A stretch of DNA of 61,517 bases, the filler included, from Stramenopiles sp. TOSAG23-2 (taxonomy: Eukaryota): NCBI GenBank assembly GCA_900128395.1. It is 5 parts of 5 records of this genome, joined end to end, with 100 filler letters (N's around TTAATTAATTAA, not from the genome) between each part and the next. Parts side by side here need not be neighbours in the genome. Positions count along the whole stretch, not along the records: positions 24,696 to 36,919 come from LT649869.1; positions 37,020 to 49,223 come from LT649870.1; 3 more parts are not named here. The stretch is one strand, 5' to 3'. Below are positions 36,404 through 46,020 of this stretch, piece by piece. Positions within the stretch are counted from its first letter, which is position 1. Every line of letters begins with the position of its first letter. The position numbers were made by a program, and so were the translations under genes. The notes beneath the pieces were generated by a model. The model ran no database searches, had not been told where the DNA came from, and worked only from the letters and a program-made list of their open reading frames with translations.

Positions 36404-36919
36404 GCCTTCTCGTATTAAAATCTTAGTTATTCTTTTCGTATATATATATATATATACTGTAACGCCAAATCGTATAACTATATATGTATATGAATGTATA
36501 TATACGTGAAAAAAATAACTATAACATTCAAATAGATTTAGATACTGTATTTTAAAGAAAAAAACAATAAATAATAATTATTTATATCTATGCACCTATT
36601 ATTAAAGCCCGTGGGATTCCATAGTCCTACGGCTTAAGGCAGGCACATGTTTGCTTAAAAGTTAAAATAACAGGAGAATAGCATTGTTTTTTTGACCGAA
36701 ATATTTGATGAAAACCGATAATTTTGAGCTAAATGCATAAATCTCACATTTTTCAACATGGACACAGCATGGGCTGTACGGAAACCCGTACAGGATAAAT
36801 GCAAAAAAATCTATTGATCTAAATGTCTAATTTTATCGGAGATTTTACACTCATAAATACACGCTAATGATATTCCCCTATTGTTTATTAGCCCTTTTTT
36901 ACCTTTTTTTTTTCTTTTT

Positions 36920-37019
36920 NNNNNNNNNNNNNNNNNNNNNNNNNNNNNNNNNNNNNNNNNNNNTTAATTAATTAANNNNNNNNNNNNNNNNNNNNNNNNN
37001 NNNNNNNNNNNNNNNNNNN
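36920..37019. other. Artificial contig spacer
   Basis: 44 N + TTAATTAATTAA + 44 N. Confidence 0.99.
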
Positions 37020-37028
37020 TTATTTACC

Positions 37029-39914
37029 CTACACGAATATTTTTACTTTCATACCTGGTCTTGCACTAGGTGGGCAAGTGACTACATGCAATTCCCCAGC
37101 AACATTTACTTGGAAAGAAGCACCTGGACGCACGCCACTTGGTACAGTCACGATGTATGATTGTGGTACCCGATTAACATGTCGTGGGGCACGCATATTA
37201 TTATTATTGTACGTGTTATAATTATTATGAACCATTTGGCCTCTGTAAACTGGGTTTGAATGTTGACGTTGTTGTTGTTGTGGTTGCTGACGTTGCTGCT
37301 GCAAACGACGCTGGTTTGCATCATACATTCGTTGTGCTTCTTGCATTTCACGTAATTGCTGAGCTTGCCAGTTTTGTGTAGTGTTGCTTCCGCGTGCTTT
37401 TGCTTGACCATATATATTGGCACCTCTCTGAGATCCACTCAACATCTCATTATAATGTTTGTAACCAAGAGTCATTGTCATATCATCGATACTTTTTGGG
37501 ATAACTTTCTTATTTACAAAATCAATAAAGCGATTTTTATACGTAGTAGGATCAGTTGCAGAAATATTTTTATCACTTTCTTTTGCAAGATTGCTCTCGC
37601 ATTCTTGTTGCCGTTTACAAAATGTGCATATAAACTCGAAAATGTGTGTTTCTGTGTCATTTTCTGGAAAATAAATAGTATTTTGTTGGTGACAATCGAC
37701 ACACGCATGTTTTTCCTGACGCCGTCTTATTTTCCCAAACGAGCCATTACCAGTGGTAGTACTATCCCCAGTAGTGCTACTTGCAGCGCGTCGAAGCAAC
37801 TTTGTCTTTAAAAATCGTTCAACTTTTTTCCCTGCTGTATATTGTTGAAAAATATCAATAATACCAATGAAATACGTAGCTCTTGATGTGGAGCTCAATA
37901 TTCCACCATAACATGTTTGAAATGCTTTACTGTGGTATACTTCCGGGTCTGGGATTATTCCTCCAGCCAATTTACCAGTGGAACAACCAACCAACAATGA
38001 ATAATCCATGATTTTAATACTATGTAAAAATTCTACATCAATTCGTATTTGCATCATCAATTTATCTCGTACCATTGCTGGGATAGCTAATGGATGTATT
38101 AAATTTAAATCTTTTAACGTTGGCAACTTGTTCTTTCCATGTTTTTTCTCATATTCAATACGATCCTCTAATTTTATGAATCTATTTGAGGTACTACCTT
38201 TAAAATCAAACGATGTATCTACGTTCAACAATGTATCAAATACATTATTGCAAACCATTACGCGTTGAATATCCTGAGGCCGAACACCAACTTGAACTTT
38301 TAACAAACTGTATATACGTGGCAACGTGGTATCTGGATATTTTTGACAATGTTCAATATAATGTGGTAAAATACTACGTAAAATTTGAGTCTCAGATTTG
38401 GTCACTCCTTTTATAATGAAATGTTGGTCTTTACTTCTTAAAAACAATGCACCGGATGCACCACCACCATTATTTATCATTTCTAAACCGTGTTCCATCA
38501 ATGAATTGGCATAAAAGTCCTCAGATATATTAAACAATTGCCTCAAGGCACGGAATGCACTAGGGGCATAACTTGAACGTAAACCAGGATCGTATATTTC
38601 TTTATTCATAACTTTATTTTTCTTTGCTACAATACCTTCATCTAATGGCCGTGCCCGTTGTCTCATTGTTCTATCGATAGCAAATATATCATGCAATTGT
38701 AGTTCATCAATTGATAATTGTGGATATTTCTGAAAAATGGATGATGCTAATGACGTTTTAATAATTTCTGCTAGTTGTTCATTGGTAGGGGCAGCGACGA
38801 GTATTCTTCTAGATGCTCGAGCTATTCGATCAAAAAAATTTAGAGAACTATCTTGTTTTAACATTGTCGCTGATACTATATTTTCCCCTAAATTTGGAAT
38901 ATTTGATATTGTTTTTTTTGGATTACTATTTCGCTTTTTTTTCGTCCCATCACTACTTTTACGTTTCTGTTGTTGATCCATGTTTCCATTTGAATCATTA
39001 TTATTATTGTTACTATTTCCTTGTTGCGTTTCATTTATCATCATTTCTTTAATTTTAAGGGCATCTTCTGGTGTTAAACTTTTACGTTGTAACAATTGTT
39101 TTAAATCTTTATTTTCCATAGTATTATTATTATGATTATTATTATTATTATTGATATCATCGTCATCTATTAATTCAAAATCTTCCATCGATATAATATA
39201 CCGTCTACCAATTTTTAAATAAGTTGACATTGTTAATATGTTCACTTCATCAATATTGTATGAACCATATACATGAAGAAAATCATTTCGTATAAGATGT
39301 TTACAGATAGATAGACAAACTTTTTCATCATCAGGACATAATTGTTTTCTTACTAAAAACTTAAATATTTTTTGAACTGTAACTGTATCCGAGTAAAGTG
39401 GAGCACCCCAAAATTCTTTTTCACAGGTTAGTATTTTTTTTACTCGAGATACATGCTGTGGAGAATCATAATTTTGTGGTAATGATACTCGTTGACATGG
39501 TACTGGTAATGAAGGCGCAGTTGCAGTTTGCTGTTGCAATTGTTGTTCGTGGACTTGATGGTGCATGGGTGAAATTGGTACTTGTGGTAGTGTTGTGGTA
39601 AATGCTGGAGGTGCTGTTGGTTGTGGAAACAACGGCGGGACGTTATTATTATCATTATCATTTACATTCAACTGCACAGGATTTGCTTGTAGATTGCTGT
39701 TAAATGATAAATCATGTCGAGCATTTCTACTTGTTGTTGGTGAATTATGAAACATAATTTCATCTTGAATATTTTCTGTTGCAATTACTTCTGTTACAAT
39801 AGTAGCATTTATCACAGACTCTACTTGTTCAATATTATTATTATTACCATTATTAGTATTATTTTCTTCTATAATTGGTATAGCAGATACAGTAATAATA
39901 TTTTCACCACTCAT
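37029..39914 (-). CDS. Phosphatidylinositol-phosphate kinase (PIP5K family) with a DEP-like N-terminal region and a Cys4 insert
   Basis: SYAPSAFRALR, GASGALF, FIIK, FDFKGS, LKDL, IMDYSLLVG, FIGIIDIFQQY, KKVE, DPTTYKNRF. Likely start is ATG 39914 (MSGENII); the upstream ORF extension is low-complexity UTR-like sequence. Confidence 0.9.
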   Translation of the reverse strand: MSGENIITVSAIPIIEENNTNNGNNNNIEQVESVINATIVTEVIATENIQDEIMFHNSPTTSRNARHDLSFNSNLQANPVQLNVNDNDNNNVPPLFPQPTAPPAFTTTLPQVPISPMHHQVHEQQLQQQTATAPSLPVPCQRVSLPQNYDSPQHVSRVKKILTCEKEFWGAPLYSDTVTVQKIFKFLVRKQLCPDDEKVCLSICKHLIRNDFLHVYGSYNIDEVNILTMSTYLKIGRRYIISMEDFELIDDDDINNNNNNHNNNTMENKDLKQLLQRKSLTPEDALKIKEMMINETQQGNSNNNNNDSNGNMDQQQKRKSSDGTKKKRNSNPKKTISNIPNLGENIVSATMLKQDSSLNFFDRIARASRRILVAAPTNEQLAEIIKTSLASSIFQKYPQLSIDELQLHDIFAIDRTMRQRARPLDEGIVAKKNKVMNKEIYDPGLRSSYAPSAFRALRQLFNISEDFYANSLMEHGLEMINNGGGASGALFLRSKDQHFIIKGVTKSETQILRSILPHYIEHCQKYPDTTLPRIYSLLKVQVGVRPQDIQRVMVCNNVFDTLLNVDTSFDFKGSTSNRFIKLEDRIEYEKKHGKNKLPTLKDLNLIHPLAIPAMVRDKLMMQIRIDVEFLHSIKIMDYSLLVGCSTGKLAGGIIPDPEVYHSKAFQTCYGGILSSTSRATYFIGIIDIFQQYTAGKKVERFLKTKLLRRAASSTTGDSTTTGNGSFGKIRRRQEKHACVDCHQQNTIYFPENDTETHIFEFICTFCKRQQECESNLAKESDKNISATDPTTYKNRFIDFVNKKVIPKSIDDMTMTLGYKHYNEMLSGSQRGANIYGQAKARGSNTTQNWQAQQLREMQEAQRMYDANQRRLQQQRQQPQQQQRQHSNPVYRGQMVHNNYNTYNNNNMRAPRHVNRVPQSYIVTVPSGVRPGASFQVNVAGELHVVTCPPSARPGMKVKIFV

Positions 39915-40624
39915 ATGTTTTTTGTTGTTGTTGCTTTGTGTGTGTGTGTGTTTGTGTGTGTATCTATGTATATATATATCAATTACAACATGTATATTAA
40001 AACTAAATATATGTTTGATTGTATGGATTGAATGGAAATTGTATTTTGTATTTTCATATGATGTTTTATTATTATTATATTTTTCGTGAGATTTATATGT
40101 TGCCATAATGGTTATTATATTATATTATATGATATTAAATATGTGATGTTTTTGTTGTGCAACTAACAAATAACTTAATAAACTTGTAAAAAGATAGTAA
40201 TAGCATGGATATATCATTGATAATATAACAATGCTATGTTTATACTAAATAAGCACAGTGGGTGTGTGGATTTTGAATAAAAACAATACTGTCCAAAAAG
40301 CCATCGATATGATAAAACTTATAATTGTACTTTATTTTACACTTAATGATGTGGAAAAAAAAGAAACGACCCAACAGATTTTATTCTCCACTAACTGTTG
40401 TGGAAAAAAAAAAAGATGATACGATTCAACTTACAATTGTACTTTATTTTACACTTAATGATGTGAAAAAAAAAGAAGCAACTGATTGAACCAATTAATA
40501 CTTTTATAAGTCTTCAAAATGTTGAAGGTCAGTTGTTGTTTTATCATCAGTAAGTAATACTCTATATCTATTATTTAGTTTTTTTTTTTATATATATTTA
40601 TATATGGTGTGGTTGTTGTTTGCG

Positions 40625-40753
40625 GTTGTGTTCTATCAACACCTGCATCGCCGGGTGAAGTAGAAAGTGATTGCAGTTGTGTTCTATCAACACCCGCGCG
40701 GCTGAAGCCATTGTCGGGTGAAGTAGAAAGTGATTGCGTTCTATCAACACCTG
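40625..40753. repeat. Short imperfect tandem repeat (~2.5 units of 51-57 bp)
   Basis: GTTCTATCAACACC at 40630, 40681 and 40738; CGGGTGAAGTAGAAAGTGATTGC occurs twice. Confidence 0.85.
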
Positions 40754-41588
40754 TACAAATATCATAGTCCCATGTAGTAATGGAATTTTATATTCCCTAT
40801 CTTTTTCATCATACACAACAAATTCATAATCATACTTCAATTTTCCATCGTGTATGGCAACTGTTTATGCATTAAATTTCACACATATGAAGCAGTTGTC
40901 ATGATTGTTCAAGATTGTCATCTTGGGGAAAATCTTTTGGTATCAAGTTACTTTTGGCAAACTTCTATTTTAGAAAGGGATCAAAAGTATAAAGCTGTTG
41001 TTGTTGGGAATCAGAAATCATTGGTTAGTTTTCAATATTATTTTAGAGAAAGATTTGAACTGGAAAATATGTTTTTAAACATGTTGTTCAATTGGTTAAA
41101 AGCTAAATGTGCAAGCAATAAGAAGCCTTTTTATGCAACTGTGCAACTATCAGCATCCCAAAGAGAGGAACAGGTTCATACAATTGAATTAGTGTTGTAT
41201 GTGTTTTGTCAAAATGGGAATTGCATTTATCCAAATATTTATAGGCAGTACCTGGTAAAATTGTTAGCCAAAAGGTTTGCATTCCACTGATGTCAAGCTC
41301 ACAATGTACAGTACAGTACAGCAGTACAGGATATTTTCATGTTCTTAATAGGGTTGAAATATTGTACTAACACTACACAGCACTATTATTCACACCCCCT
41401 TCCCACATACAATAATACATCATTGCAATATTGAATTTTTTTGAATGTTATGTGATGACAGTTATTATTCTAATAAAAACCATAATAAGATGAGGGAAGA
41501 CACTAGAAAAATAGAACGAGAGAGACAAGAGAGAGAGAGACAGAACAAACAGAACAAGAATATATATAATACCACAACAACAACAAAT

Positions 41589-42479
41589 ATGGCATCATTT
41601 GCAAACAACAACACCACGGCCTCTTCCACCTCCTCTGCCAACAATGGTTCAATAGTTAATACACCATATGGACCTGGAAAATTAATATCCAAACGACCGG
41701 ATAATGTTAATATTATTGAGCTTGATTGGGAGCTGGCAAATAACTCTAAAGCTGTTTTATTTAAAAAAGCAGAAGCGGAAGTAGTGGAAACACCAATGGG
41801 ACCAGGTATCTTGAAACAACGTCGTCCAGATGGAGTCGATGTCATCGAGTTAAGTTGGGAGTTAGCAAACAATTCAAAAGCAATAGTATATAAAAAAGCA
41901 AAAGGTTTTCGTGCTATTGACGGGACAACTTTTGATAATGAACGTGCATTACGTAAATATATGTATGAAACCTTTTATTCTTTTCGAAATCAAACTAATA
42001 ATAAAAATTTAATTAAAAAAGATGGCGAGATTGGTGGTCAACAAATGTGTTTGGAAAAATTAGATAATTGTGAAGTGCAATTATTAGACGTTTCCGATTC
42101 GTTATTAGTGGATTGGGTGAATAATTCTAAAGTATTCATAGGACCGACACAAGAATCGATCTTCATTCGTAGTTGTGAAAATACGACATTTACGATTTGT
42201 ACAAAACAATTACGTACACGTGATTGTAAAAATTGTACTTTTTATTTATTTTGTAAAACGGAACCAATTGTTGAACGAACGACTGGATGTACCTTCCGTG
42301 CATTCAATGGGAAGTACAAAGGTATGAAAAGACATATGCGTCAAGCTAATTTACCACGTGATGTGAATTTATGGTGGAAAATATTTGATTTCAGTGCAAA
42401 GGATCCATCCGTACCACAACCACATTTCAGAGTCGTACGTGGGGAGCCAGATAAATTGTGGCATATCAAGAATAAGTAA
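41589..42479 (+). CDS. RP2/TBCC-family (cofactor C beta-helix) protein with two N-terminal TP(Y/M)G repeats
   Basis: FIGPTQESIFIRSC, CTKQLRTRDC (Arg finger), TEPIVE, NLWWKIFDFS. Duplicated VxTPxGPG...RPD...IELxWELANNSKA. Likely start is ATG 41589. Confidence 0.85.
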   Translation: MASFANNNTTASSTSSANNGSIVNTPYGPGKLISKRPDNVNIIELDWELANNSKAVLFKKAEAEVVETPMGPGILKQRRPDGVDVIELSWELANNSKAIVYKKAKGFRAIDGTTFDNERALRKYMYETFYSFRNQTNNKNLIKKDGEIGGQQMCLEKLDNCEVQLLDVSDSLLVDWVNNSKVFIGPTQESIFIRSCENTTFTICTKQLRTRDCKNCTFYLFCKTEPIVERTTGCTFRAFNGKYKGMKRHMRQANLPRDVNLWWKIFDFSAKDPSVPQPHFRVVRGEPDKLWHIKNK

Positions 42480-42844
42480 AAAGCTGCATCATCTGGGAAT
42501 GAAAAAGAAAAGAAAAAGGAGAGAAAGAGAGAGAAGAGAACGCTCTTGAAAAAATGCTTTTGTGAAATGTAAGATCTACGATATCTATGATTGATAGAGG
42601 ATTAGAGAGTTTAAATTGTTTTTACATCAAATTTTCTTTTTGCACACATCATATTAATAATCTTTTTTTCCCTTTTCTCCTTCTTATTTCCCATCTGTTG
42701 TTGCATCTCGTCCAAATAATAATAATAAACAACTTTTACCTTTCAACATGATAAATTATTAAATAAATACAATAATATATATATACACACACATAACACA
42801 CACACACACAATATATATATATATTCGTAGAAGTAAAGCACAAT

Positions 42845-44152
42845 ATGGCTTCTTTATCATCATCCAATGAAAGTAATAATAAGAATGAAGCGCCATCTGA
42901 GGATGATATACTGAACGATGAAGCGGAAGAACGACATCATTTAGAATGCAACATTGCAATGCTACAATATTCAATATTTATGAAAACTGAAATTGAACGA
43001 CGTGAAAATCATTTAAAACAAATTTCAAACGTACAGAAACAATATTTACCATATGAAAAAATGATTAATGATATTAAGAAATTGAAACAAGCTGTTCATG
43101 CAAATCAAGTGCTACTAAACAATATTGCAGATGATTCAATATATGATAAGCATAGAGAATATTTAAATGCTAATTTTGTTAGATGCACTTCTAAACCACA
43201 TCAAATGTCAAAAGTAAAAACTATTATTGAGCAAATTGTAAGGGATTGGTCAAAGGAAGGAGAAGTAGAACGTAATGAATGTTATCTACCAATTATAAAT
43301 GAATTAAAAAAGCGTTTGCCAATAAGAAATAATACCAACAATGATAATAATAGTAATGTAGAAGAAGATTGCAGAGTCTTAATTCCAGGATTTGGGCTTG
43401 CACGAATATTAGTTGATATTGCTGCATTAGGATATGCAGTTGAAGGAAATGAATTTGATTATTTTATGATATTTGCATCGACCTATTTTTTAAATGGTGG
43501 TCTTGCACCATATTCCATTGATATTTTCCCATATATCCACAGCCCATGTAATATATTATCAAAAGATGGACATTTATTGAAACCTGTGAAAATACCTGAT
43601 TTATCAACAATAGATGTATTAAAAGAAAACCCAAATTTAAAAATGAGAATGTGTTCAGGTGAATTTTTGCATGTATATAGAAATAAAGAATATATTGAAC
43701 ATTTTGATTGTATTACAACATGTTTTTTTGTTGATACGGCACCAAATATTATTGAATATATCCAAGTAAGTATTTGTATTTTATATGCCATACACACACT
43801 TTTACGCATAGTATTATATAATGCTGTACTATATATATATATATGATAAACAACTGACTAACAATTTATTTAGATTATTAAACAAATATTAAAACCTGGA
43901 GGATATTGGATTAATTTAGGTCCATTGCAATATCATTGGTATGAATTTGGTGCAACAACAAATGGTAGTGGGATAGATCCTCGTTATAATGAATCAATTG
44001 AATTAAGTTATGATGAATTAAAAGATACAATTAAGAACTTTGATTTTAAATTTATTAATGAAGAATTTAATAAGAAATGTCATTATAATGGTTTAAATAA
44101 GATGAAGGAACATATTTACAATTGTATATTTTTTACTGTACAAAAGAGTTAA
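42845..44152 (+). CDS. CARNMT1: Carnosine N-methyltransferase (N2227 family); exons 42845-43765, 43874-44152 (~399 aa)
   Basis: QIVRDWSKEGEVER, VLIPGFGLARI, EGNEF, TCFFVDTAPNIIEYI|IIKQILKPGGYWINLGPLQYHW, SIELS. Intron 43766-43873 (GTAAGT...GACTAAC...TAG). Confidence 0.92.
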
Positions 44153-45671
44153 ATTTATGATATATATTTTGATAGAGAGCAACATGGCGAGGGAGAAAAT
44201 GGTAAAATATGGTGATGGAAAAAAAAGCACCAATAATTTTAGAAGGTAACTCATGGTCAATTGCATGTCCGCCTAGATACAATGCAATACGATTATGCTT
44301 CAACCATGCCATTAATGCTTCATGATTTCCATCAAATTTATCTAGGGCTAAACACTTTTTTCTTGCATGTTGATGCAATTTCATTTCAAATTTGTGCCAT
44401 AATTCATAAGGCGCAGCTGAATCATTTACACTGAAAGGAAGGTGTGTTAGAGAATTTCTGTAGTATACAGGTAGAGTGGAATAGAATTTACTTAAAACTT
44501 ACACGAAAAAACACAGGAACGGAAACATTAACATAGCAAATAAGGCAATCACAACACGTAAAATTGTAATTGTGTCATCGGATACATTTGGAATAGTTCT
44601 TGATGTAGTTGGATAAATGACATTTGGGAAAAGAAGAGCCAAACCAGTTAAAACGGACGGGGTTCCACCTACTAAGATCCAAAATGTCTCAGCACCCCAC
44701 ACATGTTTCAATTCATGTTGTAATGGTTGCATTAATTGTTTTGTTATATATGTTAGTTTCTCCTGTGCATCTTTTGCATTGCCTATATTTGCATCTTCTT
44801 CATAAATTACTGCTTCAATTGCTTTGATGGAGTATTTAATTCCTTTTAAAATTGATTTTTGGTGAACAACAACTAATGATTGCCATTTACCCATACCCAT
44901 ACCTAAAGTAGATTGCAGGAAATATAAGAAAAACGCTAAATAAACAATATATTCTAAATATAATTCATTTGATGCTCGAGCATATGGAATAATAATCAAA
45001 AATCCTGGCAGTGCACATATAACGATAGCAAATATTGTCATAAAAACAAGCCAAACCAAATCATTCACACCAACGTTTTTTTTAATGTCTTTAACTACTT
45101 TATCATCTTTATTTTGTAAACGCAAAGCTAGAAATTTTGATTCAAAAATTCTCATTTCTGGCCATGGTGTTGTTAATATTATACCTCCATTTGTCATGAA
45201 TCCAAGAACAACTGATAAGTATAAATTTATACCAAAGATATAAAATACAGGAACTATTATCAACACTGTGTTAAATAGCATAAACAAATGAAAACCAAAA
45301 TATTTACTTGATGTAATAGCAGGCCCAGCAGGCGGCTTCATTTTCTTTTTTTGTCGTTCATTGTTGTTATCACCTTCTGTATCAATATTATTGTTAACAT
45401 GTTTATCTCCTCCAAAATAATTCATCCCTAAAAACATTGCATTAAGTGTTGCAATGAATGGGGAAAAAACATCCTTTGCAAGTATTTTATTGTCTGCATT
45501 TAATTTTTCAATATATTCTTTTACCTCATTAAACGCATTAGTATTATTATTTTTGATATCTATTTTTTTCTCATCATTATTATTATCGTTACTATTATTG
45601 TTTCCATCAATAAAATTAGATTCACTGATGTCCGTTATTGGTGTTACATATGATGATGCCATTGTTGACAT
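44133..45671 (-). CDS. Polytopic (~7 TM) membrane protein, candidate gustatory-receptor-like 7TM ion channel; exons 45671-44503, 44430-44133 (~488 aa)
   Basis: Intron 44502-44431 (GTAAGT...TCTAAC...CAG) joins the 390-aa and 83-aa ORFs in frame. About seven hydrophobic segments. The family assignment is inference. Confidence 0.7.
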
Positions 45672-46020
45672 ATTTTAAAAAACAATTACAATCTAAGTTG
45701 CTCAAACATGTATGTTTTATTGTGGTTTGGATACTTTTTGAATATCATTGATATATTCTTTTTATATTTTACGTTTCCGTTGAAATTGAAGTATATTTTA
45801 TTGAAGAGGTTAATACCCATGATCCATATTGTAATATATTAATAATAATTAATATTATAATAATAAAGTTAAAAGTGATGAAAAAAAAAAATATAAAAAA
45901 ATGATGCGATGATTGAATTTTAAATTTATTAAATTATTAAATAATATATAGAACTTTTGCACAGTTGTTTCTCCCTCTCCCTCTCTCACTGTGTGTGTTC
46001 GTACAGGACACAAACACATA

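Noticed and set aside
40625-40753. Three GTTCTATCAACACC repeats with spacers, superficially CRISPR-like
   Set aside because: The spacers are homologous to each other, the repeat is only 14 bp, there are no cas genes and the context is eukaryotic; it is a tandem repeat.
40850-41290. 146-aa ORF on the + strand (and the 80-aa ORF 40598-40840 on the - strand)
   Set aside because: Non-ATG starts, no recognisable motifs, and location in a CpG-depleted, probably decayed tract.
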